A stretch of 64,000 bases of DNA, from NCBI RefSeq assembly GCF_009914755.1, contig NC_060931.1. One strand, written 5' to 3'. The DNA comes from the human T2T-CHM13v2.0 reference genome, Homo sapiens. Under the pieces are notes generated by a model that ran no database searches, was not told the origin of the DNA, and saw nothing but the letters and a program-made list of their open reading frames with translations. A program made the translations under genes and the position numbers. Below are positions 26,623 through 40,680 of the stretch, one piece after another (the first letter of the stretch is position 1; the number at the start of each line of letters is the position of its first letter).

Positions 26623-27279
26623 GTTCTTTCTAGCTCCTCAACGCCATAGGTTCTTTCTAGCTTCTCGACCTGGATAGAATCTATGAGACGTGCCCCTTCT
26701 GAATCGCACTTTTTCAAATCCCCCAAGTGGGCTGCACCTACATGTGCTGGAGCCCCAGACTAGACCATTTCTGTAAGTTGGGCTTCTAGATTTTCTGAGC
26801 AGTAAACAGAGATGGCCTTGAGTTCAATCTATACTATGCTCTGTATATGCAGTGGGGTCTGGGACTGGTGCCCAGCACTGAGCTTGATATGTATGACTGT
26901 TTTGTAATCCAGGGAGAAGTAGCATAGGGCAGTAGAAAGAGCTAAAGGTCAGCAATGAGATAGGCATTGGATCAAATCCTAGCCCTACACTTATTAAGCA
27001 TTTCTGGCTTTGACCTCCTCCCCTGACTCCTTGGGGAGAGCCAAACATCATATCCCAGCCTTCATCAGATGCCTCACAAATTCCAATATTAAAAGTTTCC
27101 ATGGTCCCTGTCATGTGAAAACATATTTTTGCAAGATATTCAGCATAGTGATTTATCTCTACTGGCAAAAATGGCATTGAAAATTTTGCACAATGTAATA
27201 AGAAATGCAATCCAAATTATACCCTTTGTCCCACACTGGTTCTTCTTAAGATCTGACTACTTTTTTTAAATAGTGAAAA

Positions 27280-27515
27280 GTTGGTATGATATATGGGTTT
27301 TGTCATTAAACAGACCTGGATTCAGGACTGAATCTCACCTCTTGTTGCCTGTCTGTCCTTAATCTTTTTAAGCCTCAGTTTCCTTAGCTATAAAATGGGA
27401 ATGACTCCTTGAGCCATAGCTAGTAGGATCATTTAGAAATTAAATGTAATTTAAAACATTTAATAGAGGGTTTTGACACATTTAATAAATTCTAAAATGT
27501 TAGCCATTGCTGCTA
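27280..27515 (+). mobile_element. MIR
   Basis: CAGACCTGGATTCA...AAGCCTCAGTTTCCTTAGCTATAAAATGGGAAT...AAATGTTAGCCATT. Confidence 0.85.
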
Positions 27516-27582
27516 CTATGTAAGTGAGTGTGCAAGGAAGTCCTACCTTTTTGGCCTTTTTGCTTTCATAATTTTAAACTAA

Positions 27583-27872
27583 GGCTGGGCACGGTGGCTC
27601 ACGCCTGTAATCCTAGCACTTTGGGAGGCTGAGGCAGGTGGATTACCTGAGGTCAGGAGTTCGAGACCAGCCTGGCCAACATGGCAAAACCCCGTCTTTA
27701 CTAAAAAAAAAAAAAAAAAAGGAAGTAGCTGGGCAAGTAGTCCCAGGTACTCAGGAGACTGAGGCAGGAGAATCACTTCAACCCGGGGCGGGCAGTGGAG
27801 GTTGTAGTGAGCCGAGGTCGTACCACTGCACTCCAGCCTGGGCGACAGAGCAAGACTCCATCTAAAAATAAC

Positions 27873-27906
<34 letters not shown>
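27583..27906 (+). mobile_element. Alu (AluSx-type), expanded poly-A linker, (AAT)n tail
   Basis: Both arms present; TSD TTAAACTAA(GG) on both sides. Confidence 0.97.
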
Positions 27907-28428
27907 TTACTAATTAAACTAAGGTAGTGTCTTTTCTTTAGAGAATCCAATTTAGATTCAGTGTTCTCTCTGGCAGTTAAACTGGAAACAGGTGCTTCTT
28001 GCATTCCCGTGTCTTGAATATGCAAAAGTTTGATTTATTTTTATTTATCTAATTATGCTTTAATGATTGTGGAAACAGACTGAATATTTTTCAATACTGT
28101 GTTAAGTACAGAATGTAACAAGAAAAATTTTTTTATGGTGCATCATCTTTCATGTAAGAACTATAAAAAGAAAAACATTCATAAATGTAACCTCTTAATC
28201 ATTCTGGTATACCTTTGATGTGAGTAGAATATTACAACCTATTATTCATATAAGAAAATTATGTTGCAGATTATTCCTACTCTATCCAATTGTAATTTTC
28301 TCCTCTCCTGAAGTGAAAGCAATCTTTGAAGTAAACAGTGCATTTTTATTGTTCTGTATCTTTTAAGATTATTACTATTAATTAATAATCCACTTCAAGA
28401 TGTTTTCACATCAGTACATATAAGTCTG

Positions 28429-28491
28429 CAGCAGTGGTTTTCAAAGGGGTTACTTTGACCCCCATGCTACATTTGGCAATGTTTGGAAACA
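28429..28491 (+). mobile_element. MER20 5' fragment (hAT-Charlie)
   Basis: CAGTGGTTTTCAA.GGGG..ACTTTG.CCCC...ACATTTGGCAATGTTTGGA matches the MER20 start. Confidence 0.75.
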
Positions 28492-30340
28492 GTTGCACAA
28501 CCATGACCACTGTCTAATTCCAGAACATCTTCACCACCCTAAAAAGAAACCACATACTTGTTAGCAGTCACTCTCCAATCCTCTCTCCCCCAAGCCCCTG
28601 TCAATCACCACTTTACTCTATGTCTCTATGAATTTGCCTATTCTAGACACTTTATGTAAATGCAGTCATTCCACATTTGTACCCTTTTGTATCTAGAATC
28701 TTTCACCTAGCATGTTTTCAAGATTTATCCATGTTATAACATATATGAGTACATTGTATTCAGTGATACAGATTAATAATGTTCCATTGTATGAATATAC
28801 CACATTTTGTCTATTCATTCATCAGTGTATAGAAATTTGTTTCCATTGGGGGCTATTATGATAAATTCTGCTTTTGACATTCATGTATAAGATTTTATGT
28901 GAATATACATTTTCAATTCTCTTCAGTATATTATCTAGGAGTGGAACTGATGGGCCATATGGCAACTCAAGGTTTAACTTTTTGAGGTACTTCCAAATTG
29001 TTTTCCAAAATGACTGCAACATTCTACAATTCTACCAGCAATGTGTGAGTGTTCCATTTCCACAAATCTTCCCCAGGACTTGTTATTATCTATCTTTTTG
29101 ATTATAGTCATCCTAGTGGATGTGAAGTAATCTATCATTGTGGTTTTGATATTCATTGTCCTTATGACTAATGATATTGGCCATCTTTTCATGCTAATTG
29201 GCCATTTGTATTGATATAGTGTGGCTATGTCCCCACCCAAATCTCTTCTTTAATTGTAGCTCCCATAACGTCCACATGTCATAGGAGGGACCTGGTGGAA
29301 GGTAATTGAATCATGGGGACGGGTTTTTTCTGTGCTGTTCTCAAGATAGTGAATAAGTCTCATGAAATCTGATGGTTTTATAAAAGGCATTTCCCCTGCA
29401 CACACTCTCTTTTCTGCCACCATGTAAGGTGTGCCTTTGCTCCTCCTTTGCCTTCCACCATGACTTTGAGGCCTCCCCAGCCATGTGGAACTATGAGTCC
29501 ATTCAACATCTTTTTCTTTATTAATTACCCATTCTCAAGTGGCAGTATGAAAATTGACTAATAGATTTATAAATTCAAATCCTCTGCCAATTTTAAATTA
29601 CTTTTATATTGTTGTATTGTAAGTGTTGTCTGTATATTCAAAATACAAATTTCTTATCAGATATATAATTTAAACATTTTCTGAGCCATCTTTTCATTTC
29701 TTTGTCCTTTGAAGGACAATACTTTTAATTTTGATGAAGTCCTATTTGTCTTTCTTTTTCTTCTGTTGCTGGTGCTTTTGGTGTTGTATCTAACAAATCA
29801 TTGTTTAATACGATATCACAGAGTTGCACCTATATTTTCTTCTATGACTTTTATGATTTTAACAGTCACATTTAGGTATTTGATCTATATTGAGTTAATT
29901 TTTATATATAGTACGCAGAAGGGGTCATTATTTTTCTTGAGGATCCAACTGTCCCAGTAGTCATTGAAAAGATTGTTCTTTCCTAACTGATTTGTCTTGG
30001 CAGCTGTGTCAAAAATCAACTGACTATAAATGTGAGGGCTTATTTCTGAACTTTTAATCCTATTTCATTGATATGTGTATGTAATATAATATATATAAAA
30101 GATAAATATATAATTTTTATGCCAGTACCACACTGTCTTGGTTACTGTAGATTTGAAGTAATCTTAAAAATGGAAAGATGTTCAGACCTCCAACTTTGTT
30201 CTTGATTTTCAAAATTATTTTGGCTATTCAGGGTTTCTTAAATTTCTACATGAATTTTGATATCAGCTTGTCCATTTCTGCAGCAACAGTAAAAGCTAGC
30301 TTGGGTTTTGCTGTGGATTGCATTGAATCTGTAGATTATT
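28492..30340 (-). mobile_element. L1MB-type 3'UTR/ORF2 end, interrupted by THE1
   Basis: TAATTCCAGAACATCTTCACCACCC..AAAAGAAACC is L1MB 3'UTR. ORFs 28822-29022 and 28974-29240 translate to decayed ORF2 C-terminus (LQSFWKTIWKYLKKLNLELPY). Confidence 0.92.
29212..29565 (+). mobile_element. THE1 (THE1B/C-like) MaLR solo LTR
   Basis: TGATATAGTGTGGCTATGTCCCCACCCAAATCTC...GAGGCCTCCCCAGCCATGTGGAACT...GACTAATAGA; 5-bp TSD TGTAT/TTTAT. Confidence 0.95.
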
Positions 30341-30399
30341 GTATCTTGGATTAATTGATATTTTGTACTACAGTGACTGATTTTCATGTTAAACTAACC

Positions 30400-30706
30400 C
30401 TACAGTCTTGCCAGGATGTTGGCTTACATCATGGTTACAAGACTATTGGTTTTTAAGGCTCCTAGGGAACTGGGGAGAAGAGAATGAGAACAGGTAAAGT
30501 TAAAACACCAGAAAGCTAATTTTTCTTATGCAGATTAAGGTTTGTTTTTTTTTTCTTGACTAAATGTTGCCCATATTGTTGCAAGCCTTTGGGTGATTTC
30601 CAGACTTCTGAAAAATTGAATTTTGACAATTTTGGTCAGAGTTCTCATTGCTTTTATGAAGGAGAGGTTTTCAGAGGGCCTACTCTGCTATCCATGCTGA
30701 TGTCTT
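30400..30706 (-). mobile_element. L1M4/L1MB-type 5' end
   Basis: Reverse complement reads CCTTCATAAAAGCAATGAGAAC...CAAAATTGTCAAAATTCAATTTTTCAGAAGTCTGGAAATCACCCAAAGGCTTGCAACAAT, as I recall for L1M4 5' ends. Confidence 0.65.
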
Positions 30707-30867
30707 CCATTAATGCAGTTTTAATGAAGATATTAAATATTCATGGACATTCTATTTAAAAGATCTGTAGGGTAAGAAATCTACAGGTTCTCAATTTTAT
30801 TTTCTGGTACTACCCACTATCTCATAAACCATAGTAATTTTCATCTCTATTTCTTTATCTCAGCTAA

Positions 30868-31450
30868 ATATTCATTCATCGTACATACACCATCAAATGT
30901 ATATTCAGTGACTTCTGTGCTTAAGACACTGTGATACCCTTTTAGGTAGATTCAAAATTAATAAATACAGATTATTCCCAATGCAATAAATAAGATGATT
31001 GTAGCTAATACACAAATTAAACTTGATAAACATCAGAAATGGGATATCGATCATGAGATTTCAAAAAAGGATGAGGAAAGACTGCTTGAAAGAATAAGTA
31101 GGGGAAGATACACAAGGGCTGTGGTGTAAATTCTAGATATAGCATGAGTGGTATTAGAATATGCAGGATGGAGGAAGAACATTTTTTAGACAAAGGAAAC
31201 AGAAAGAAAAACAACATGGACATTAAGAAAGCACTAGTCCTAACCAGGAAAAGTGAGGTAGGTCTACTAGGCTGTAGCTTAGGGTATCTAAGAGATGTGA
31301 GAAATAAGATTTAAAGATTAAGCTTTAGCCAAAAAGTACTTTCAATGCCAGCCTAAGGAATGTGACTGTTTTTTTTTTTCTGTAGGTGGTATAGAGCCAC
31401 AAAAGATTACAAAATTAGACCTATGTGCCAGAAAAGTTTATCTTTATATG
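30868..31450 (-). mobile_element. L2 fragments
   Basis: ATTCATTCA...TGTATATTCAGTGACTTCTGTGC...CACTGTG, followed by purine-rich antisense L2 body. Confidence 0.6.
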
Positions 31451-33074
31451 TGTATAAATATTTGAGAGATTTAAATCAAGTTCATACTCTCATCAAGTGT
31501 AATCCAACAACAGGATAAATGACAGTATTATAAAAAGATGGGAAAATTATAAATTAAAATCCAGACTAGTGATGGCAGGATGAAAAAATGAAAGTACTAG
31601 ACTCCTGATTATTTTAAGACTTACTTGTTTTAGATTTACTTGTTTTTCAGAGGTTCTTAGAACCAATAATTTTATAGCAAATGTGTAAGGACCACTGAAA
31701 GTTCTAGGAAATAGGAATATAGACAAAGAAGAAATTACTCCAGTATCCTCATTTTCAAGTAAATAGAAAAAAATGTAATGGTATTGCCACATTTTCTATT
31801 TACACTGTCCTTGGTTATGGCACCTTCTTCCAGTTTCTTCAGCCTAAATTATAGCATCTCTGGTCCCAGAAAAATAGATTATTTTGTCTCTCACCTTTTG
31901 TTTCCAGAAGAACAATGCTGAGCTTCAGTATAATATTCAATGTACATTTGTCTTGTTTTCCTCTGACGTCCCACTTTAGCTGTTTGGGCTTCCCACAATC
32001 ATTTATTCTTTATGCCCAACCCTACGAAGTGGCATGGTTTTATTCACCCAACCACAGTATAGTAATCATTGACAGTTAAATATAGGGTTAAATATAGCAC
32101 CAAAACACCTCAAACACCTCAAAACACCTGAAGTTGAAAAATTCAAAGTTTAGACGAGAGGCTGATGTTGCACGATAGATCTGCTAGCCTTCCAAACACT
32201 GGGTTGGCTTTTATGATTAAATTGTCTGCTTAAAAACAAACAAACAAAAACAAAGCAAAATAAAACACACCAAGTAACTGACCAGTTAAATGGTATTCCT
32301 CCTATGGAGTCAGGTTTATGTGGCTCAGCTATCTGTAAAACAAGAAAATATGTCTCTTTGTGGGATTTTTCCCTACTCAGGCTGGGATATAACCTTGGTT
32401 TTCAGCGGGTTAATCATCTCTCATAACATGGTTAACTGGTAGTGCAAAACTGTTCATAATGTTCTGATTTTTTTTTTCTGTACAGTTAAGAATAAAGTAA
32501 TACAGTTGCTACCTAATCACTGCCTTGAGGACTTTGCTGATGTCCGTAGCCTACTAAGCCGAGGCAAACTAAGGTCATATAATTTAAAAAGCTTCCATTT
32601 CCCCTATGATATCTTTGAGCACAGATTAACTGAAATCATTAGCCAACATTTTTCACTCCACTGATGAGAGGCGGGATGGGGTTGCACAGCACTCTGTCAA
32701 CCCTTACATAACTATTCATACTATTTTGGAGTAGACTTGGGAACTTACTAAATATTTCTTGGCTGTCAGAGTTACTGAGGCTTTGCCAGAAACCGATCCA
32801 CTCATATGGTCTAACCATCTTTGGGGAAGGCTAATGCATACAGTGTGGATGTCTTGACGTCATCCACTATTCTCCCGTAATTGCTATGCTGCAAAACCTT
32901 TTGTGTTTGAGTTTTGTGAACTTTTGAAATTTGACACTGCTGATTTTGTAGCACAAAAGCTGTATCTTAAAAATGCTCCCATCTATAGTGTTTGCAGTGA
33001 TAGAACTTAAGAACAGCCTATCTGTTTTTTGTTTAAGAAACTGGCTGTGCCTAACCACCAGATCTCTTCCACTC

Positions 33075-33217
33075 AGGTTCCCAGCTATGTAATTTTCAAA
33101 ACGAAAATACAGGGCCCCTTGTACAAAAAATTATTTAAAAATTTCAGTACAGCTACAGCTGAGCTTTCAACCAAGTGTGGGGCTCTTCTAAGCACAGGGC
33201 CCTCATAAATCCAGCCC
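33075..33217 (-). mobile_element. MER45A (hAT-Tip100)
   Basis: AAAATACAGGGCCCCTTGTACAAAAAATTATT...AACCAAGTGTGGGGCTCTTCTAAGCACAGGGCCC is the reverse of the MER45A consensus. Confidence 0.85.
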
Positions 33218-33384
33218 TTTTCTCACTCACCCTTTAACCATAAGTGAAGAACAGTATTAAATTATCCACCTAGGACTTAAGGAGTCCACATGCTGCTCAT
33301 GTAAGCAGAAATACTGAGTGTTTGGACATACAATGCTATTTTTCGATAATTTGGAAAGAGTATAGTAATTATTCCACAAGTAAT

Positions 33385-33560
33385 ACATACCTATTTGAGT
33401 GCCTGCTACTGGCTGAGTGTTATCACATATGTTATTATATTTACTCTTAACAAAACCCCAAATACTCAATGGCATGCGTGACTAAACTATAGAAGATGTC
33501 CGATTTTATTGCCCTTAACTTGAAGCTACAGGAAAGATGATGAAAGCAGGTGAGGCAGAC
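33385..33560 (-). mobile_element. L2 3' fragment
   Basis: TATTTGAGTGCCTGCTACT...TTGCCCTTAACTTGAAGCTACAG. Confidence 0.45.
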
Positions 33561-33817
33561 CTCCATAACACCTCTTAGGTGACCTAGCCATACTTCTTGG
33601 GCTCCCTGAGGATTACAGAACCATGACTGAAACATTTAAAATAAGAATTTAAGAAACATTTTAAGTATATGAAATGATCGTTGAAACATTTAAGAAACCA
33701 GATATTTCTCCTCCATAACTGAAAAGCTCACAGTGCTAGAATCATGTTTTCTGCGAGTGACTGAGTTTACCCCCATACCAAAATGAAGGGAAAATAGAGA
33801 ATCTCTTGGACTGGTGG

Positions 33818-33978
33818 ACTAGTGTTTGTCTGACTCCAGTATGCACATGAGTTATTTGAGGTTCTCAATAAAATGCAGATTCTGATTCCAGTGTGGGGTA
33901 GGACCTGAGATTCTGATTTTCCAGTAAGCTTCCATGAGATGCCTGTACTGCGGGTCTGCAGACTTGTACAAGGTCCTA
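33818..33978. mobile_element. MER5A
   Basis: AAAATGCAGATTCTGATTC...GGGGTAGGACCTGAGATTCTG..TTTCCAGTAAGCT. Confidence 0.8.
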
Positions 33979-36597
33979 GAGGAAACAAATAAATTCCCTT
34001 CCCCCAAATAAACACGAGATAGATATACTGTGCAATCATTATTCAAGCGGAAACTAATTAGCTGCAGAGTTTTCTGTTGTCATTCACAGTTATATCATTT
34101 TTAAAGAAGCTACATTCTCTCTTTTTAAAAAGTGCATACCTTCACACTGATGGAGAACATTAACAGGGTACTACTCATCTGCTCACCTTGTTTTTATTGC
34201 TTGGTAATGCAGATAAATGTGTATTTTCAGGATTCTAAATACAGCCTGTCCTTTTGTTCTCTTCACCCACTTGGCTATTCTCAGAACAACTCCAGCCTCA
34301 CATCTACCAAAAGCCATTTCTCACATCAGTTCTGAAAACGCCCATCTTGCTATCCCAAAGAAATCACTTGTTATCCAAGTTTTACCTTGATTGTTAAGGG
34401 AGGATAATTGCTTACTGAATGCAGTGTCCACAGCCTCCAGCAGCCCTCTTGAAGTCATGTACTGCACCATTAAATGAAAGCTGGTAAATAGACAAGTCTA
34501 CCCCGATGACGAATATTTGGGTTCCTCTATGCTTTATTTAATTAACTCAAAATAGTTTGCAGATATTGTTTAATTATTACGCATTTCATTCGTCAGTGTC
34601 TTTTTGTGCTTTTTAAAAATGTGAAGCCACAAACACTTTTGTTATAAATTCAAAACTTTGTGCTAAGAAACTGAACTGTAAAGAAATCTCAGGTGTTGGG
34701 ACATGACCTTTCAAAGGTAATTTGCTGCAGTGTACAGTCTTAATCTGATCCAGCCATGGGAGATATGTGATTTGGTGCCCTACATTTGCAGGGGGTGTAG
34801 GTTAGCATAGAAATGAACTTTTGCTGTCAGAATGTGAGTGGTTTTTGCGATTTTTATTTGCTTAGAGTAGGGGTGAAGGGTGTCAAAGTGGGAGTGAAGA
34901 AAATGGTTCTTAAAACTCTAGTTTGTGTCCAGAAAACCCTGATTGAATTGGTGAGATTAGAAAGGAACACATGAATCAGGATGCAGAGTCTAAAACCTAA
35001 GAGATACCAATATAAAAAGATTTCATTTTCTGCTCTCCACGATGAAGTGAAAAATGGACTTCATTCCAAGGTGAATCTCCTGATAAAGTGACCTTTCAAG
35101 ACTCCCTTTGACTGATATTTAAAATATCATCAAAGGTTACAAAACCCTGGAGTCATCACAGGGCTCTTGCCTCAGCTTCTCTACGAAAACCACTAACAGA
35201 TGTTAGAAGAGAAATGGATGTTTCATAGGAAGAAATCTTTGGCTCATGGTGTTTAGACTCCACGGGTAGTACTCTGTAGTAATAGTTCTGCTGAATTTTC
35301 CGTTACCAGAAAAAGTGTGTTTAAGCACAATCATTCTGGGTTCTCCAAACTCTGAAATGCACTTAATCCAAAATGAATGCAGATAATTACTTCTTACAAC
35401 TCTCCTAATCCACCTCATAGAACATTTAACCAATAGCACTCTCTACCCAAGATATGACTTTTGTGAATTGCTTACTACTAATGAGCAGATAGAGAGCTAT
35501 TGCATCATTGCTAATTTGGCCCTGAATTTGTATATCAAGGGTTGGTGAACAACTCAGGCTGAATTTGAACAAGTAACAATACTTGAAAAAATACCATAAC
35601 TCATCTTTCCAATCCCCATGCCCACACACTTAAATTTATAGTTCACGAAACAAAGACCTAATGTTGTATTTTGGTTCCATAGCTGTGTCTCCTCACAACA
35701 CTTTCATTTTATGTAAAGTAGTGTTTCCCATTAAATAAAGCAATTAAGAATCATTCAGCAGTGAAGGAAATAGCACATAAGTTGTTTTGCTTAGGTACTA
35801 AATAAATGATGAAGGAATATGTTGAAAGATGAAACAGCCATGTCTGTTTTACTGCATTTCACATGAGACATGGATAATTGTTTTACAAACTTTGTTGTAT
35901 TATTTTTCAAACACAGCTTTTTTCCTTTTATAAGTTTATATCAAATATTCAGACTATTTTCCACAGGCACACACTAAGATCCAAATACCCATAATACACA
36001 GGGAAACTCCAGGTCTTAAAGAACGTGCCTTTCAGTCATGGAGTTTAGTTCCTAAAACAATAAAGCACTTCTTATTGTGAACTTAATGAATTTTTGTTAT
36101 TAGTTCTTATAATGTTTTATTGTACTAAGAAAATTGATACATTAATGAATACTATAATTACGTGAGTCTCATACAGTTACTTTTGTAGGCACTGTAAGGA
36201 AGATGGTAAAATAATTAAATTGCTATTGATTAATTGGAAAAGGGTTGAATGTGATTCCCAGGCCTTGTTTCATTAATCATGCTATAAATTTAAATTGTAA
36301 AATAAAAGAAATCCCAAATGAACTGCTCATTATAGAATAGTATGTGTATGAATTCAGGAAAAACACAAGATATCCATAGAATTTGGGAGAGGTATTCAGT
36401 ATTTTGTGTAGTAGCAAACTGGATGTTTAGCCTAATTTTTTTTTTTTTTTCTGGTATGATCTGGGATTAGGGCATGTCTACTAGCTATTACGCAGTGATT
36501 CAGACAAACAGCATACTATAGAAACTCAAAAGATCGGTTTTCGTAACTCTCTGCTTGCAGATAGTTGAGTAACTAAAGCCTCAAGAAAGAGGGTTGT

Positions 36598-36896
36598 GGC
36601 CAGGCATAGTGGTTCATGCCTGTAATCCCAGCACTTTTGGGAGGCCAAGGTAGGCAGATCACATGAGGTCAGGAGTTCAAGACAGCCTGGCCAACATGGC
36701 AAAACCCCGGTCTCTACTAAAAATACAAACATTAGCTGGGTGTAGTGGCGCACGCCTGTAATCACAGTTACTTGGGAGGCTGAGGTAGGAGAATCACCTG
36801 AACCCAAGAGGCGGGGGTTGCTGTGGGCCGAGATTGCGCCACTGCTCTCCAGCCTGGGAGACAGAGCGAGACTCCATCTTGGGGGGGAAGAAAGGA
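36598..36896 (+). mobile_element. Alu (AluS-type) with G-rich tail
   Basis: Full Alu; TSD AAAGAGGGTTG at 36586-36596 and 36897-36907. Confidence 0.97.
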
Positions 36897-37366
36897 AAAG
36901 AGGGTTGCAACCATTTGTACAATTAAAAACAGTTATAATTTAGCATTTGTTTTTTTCCTCTGTAGGATGAACAGATCTCTACTCCTTGAATTGTTCCCTG
37001 CATTATACCATTATGTAACTCATCCCTGATGTAGTGGGGACATTCTGGCTGGGGAGGTCCTTCATTTTTCTTAGGTCCTTTGTCATTTTCAGGAGTAGTC
37101 CTACAGTCCTTTCTGTATTTTCTTGATTGTTAAGATGCCTAAATGGTAGCTCCCACTTCCTCGCAAATATACTAACCAAAGTTGAATTCCACATTTCAAA
37201 TTCCAGTACATATACATATTAACTATTTTTTGCCAAGCTCTAGAAATTGCTTTGATGAAATTATGCAATTTTCGCTATTATTGTTGTTGAAGTCTACAAA
37301 TTATTTATGTATAAAACGATTTTTAGATAAACAACTCTCTAACAAAGCATTTTAATCTTTGTTGGA

Positions 37367-37678
<312 letters not shown>

Positions 37679-38329
37679 TAAAAGATTAAACTTAAAGCTC
37701 AATGCCTTAAACAGTTGGCACAGAGAACTCCAATGAAGAGTTATTTTGAGGTTTGCTAGATTTGACCTCAGCTCCCCTTCAGCTATAATAAAGTCTATGG
37801 AACTGAAAATCCACCTCATCTAGTTTTATTTGCAATTGTAGAACTCTGCTGCTTCATTCAATTCCTTTGCCAACAATCTCCTGAATTTCACCTCACAACA
37901 CCATCTCCTCTTACACACATATTCCTTTCTCACTTATATTTATATGTTCCCCAGCTAAGCCCAATTAAAATGCAATAAGCATTGGAATGAAACTTCATTT
38001 ACTAACCTAATGTCTACCAAGAGATATTAAGCATCACAGGATAAGTATGGTACAAATGTTTTATATTGATATTTTTCTAATGTTAAGTAATTATAAAACA
38101 TTACTTTGTATTAAAATGAACAAGGATACCTTATGGAGGAAAATGCAACATTTGCATAATTTTTAAGATAAAACAAGAGACTTCAAAGAAATTTCTTGAA
38201 GGAGATATTTACCATTCTTGGCCCAGGAGAAAACTTAGTGGAAAAGTTTGATTAGTATTAGGCTTTCTGTGTTATCCCAGGAGCTTTTCTTTTCAAACAA
38301 CATACACTAACAATTTAAATCCATTCATC

Positions 38330-38522
38330 ATACACTCAAAGAATTCAGCGTAAGAAAAGACATGTACGGTAGTCCAAACTAGCCTTTATCTACAGAGGAA
38401 GAAATGGAGACCCTGAAAACCTGAGTGATGTTTTTTAACCAAGATCACACAACTACATACCATCAGTAACAATATGAGGGCTCGGAACCTTGAGTCAAAT
38501 TCCTATTCTGTCAACTACACCA
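38330..38522 (-). mobile_element. MIR
   Basis: TACAGAGGAAGAAATGGAGAC...CCAAGATCACACAACTA. Confidence 0.7.
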
Positions 38523-39339
38523 GAATGCTTCAAGGAAATGCTTGCTCTTCTTAGTTTTTTTTATTCAGAAATCTGTACACAGAAGGAATAGTTACCAGAA
38601 TGATCAGTTATGACATCACCACTGACAGTCCTCTACCAGAACCTGGCTTCAAGATCCTTTATGAATGGAATTTGAACTGACAAATACTTTGTAAATTCTA
38701 CTGAGAGTGCCTCAGTTTCTGAAGGCCAAATGGTCTAATTATAAGACAATTTCACATATAAAGATTTCACTATATAGCCCAGGAATATAATATTAATGAT
38801 GAGGTCAATTTTATTACTCTTTTAAAGGATAAATAAATGGCAAGAAACATTCTTCATTCCAAGGCAATATGCCCTTTGTCCTCCTGGAGGCTGACTCTTG
38901 TTCTGGCTTTCCTAGGGTGCATCCTTATTTGATAAGGGGCAACCCCACCTCAGAGTGACAAGTGTCAGAATCACCTAAAGCACTGTTGTTTCTTCCCAAT
39001 TGCCAAGATTGTCTCCATGTTCTTTATCACCGTTTTGTTCAGCATTTCTCTAGCAAATTCTGCCTGTGTTAACCAGAATTGAATTCTCCATAAATCTCCT
39101 TCTTTACTGCTCTGCTATTGTATGAAAAAATAGGAGAAACTAAAATGTAGCAAACTTCTCTAGGACTTGGGTTTTCTAATATTATAGCTTAATGGTTGAT
39201 CTGAAACTGGGTCAAACCACATGAACTCTTCTAAAAGAACCGTTTTCAGGGAGTTCCATGGTCAACTTGTGTCTGGTTCTGCTTTTCTGACTTTTAACGG
39301 TGGTTTTGAAATGTCCCTCAGCCTTTACTTCTGTTTATC

Positions 39340-39770
39340 CTTCACTAGACTATGAAGGGTATCAGGGCAGTGTTAGTTACTTTTATGTTTTCAGTGTATA
39401 ACACAGTGCAGGTCATGAACGCATATTTTTGTTGGAAGGAAGGGAAGAAAAAAGGAACAGAGGAAAGGAAAGAGGGAAGAAGCAAATTAATTTACTGGAT
39501 TTCACAGGCTTAAAATCAAAACAGTTCTGAAGTCAAATTACCTGTATTAAAATTCTATTTGCCATTTACTAACTATGTAATCTAAGGAAAAATCATTTTA
39601 CCCCACTGACCATTAATTTTCTCAACTAGAAAATTGAGATATATTTGTAACAACTCAAAAAGGCTGTTATGAGGATTAAATGAGGTAACACATATAAAGG
39701 TTTTAGCATGTCCTATGCACTATTCTATATAGGGCTAACCATAAACAGAACTATATATTATTTAGCTTTT
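39340..39770 (+). mobile_element. L2 terminus followed by MIR (~39500-39770)
   Basis: CACTAGACTATGAAGGG...ACACAGTGC, then GCCATTTACTAACTATGT...GGCTGTTATGAGGATTAAATGAGGTAA. Confidence 0.75.
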
Positions 39771-40680
39771 ATTATCTTGAAGGAATGTCATGAAACCATT
39801 TAAGAATCTGATAGAAATTGATCATCTCCTCAAATCATTTCATGGCTTCAACAAACTCTTCAAACCTATTCATGTACTTCATATTAAGAACCACTCACGA
39901 AGACTAGTCACATTTTTTCCCAGATACAGATCATTATAAATTTGTGAAGTGAAAGCTTCTTACTTTGTAGGGACCAATAATATTTTCAATAAAAGAGTAT
40001 ACAATATAGAATATACTTTGCATCTGAAATTTAGTAAATAAAGGTAAACATTTTGTGAAAAATTTCCTCCAAATGTGTGTGTGCATGCCTTTGTGAGTGT
40101 GCCTTGTGTGTGTGTTAGGTTATAATGTAGTTTGCATTTATCAGGATGGGTGACAATTCAGCATCCTTCAGACCTTAAGGCATAATCATCTTAGCCCTTT
40201 CTGTTCTTAGTTACATTCAGTTTTCTTCCTTCTCTGCCCTCTGTGTTCTCAGTTCCACCCTGTTTCCTTGATTTCTGAGACATTTGAGCACAACAGACAC
40301 ATTAGCACAAACAACTGATCATTGGGGTCACAGTCATTTACAAAATGGATTAACTAACCCAAGTGGCCACATTAATCATTGTGTATTAACCCCATCAGTA
40401 GCATAAATGTCACATTCAGAAGACAAGATGTATGCATCCAAATTTCTAGGTGTGCCGCATGGGTAATTTATATTCCAGAGTTTCTTAGGCTATCACCTGG
40501 GAACATTTTGTATGTGAAACAGAGATAGCAAGGTGCTCCTAGTCATCACATTCCTCTGGATGACATTCAAAATACCAGTTGTATGCCAGGCTTTGTGTGA
40601 CAGCATGATGTCTTAGAGTGAAATTATAATGAATATATTTCCCAGATTTTTGTAATGAAACCGGTTTAAACCAATCTACT

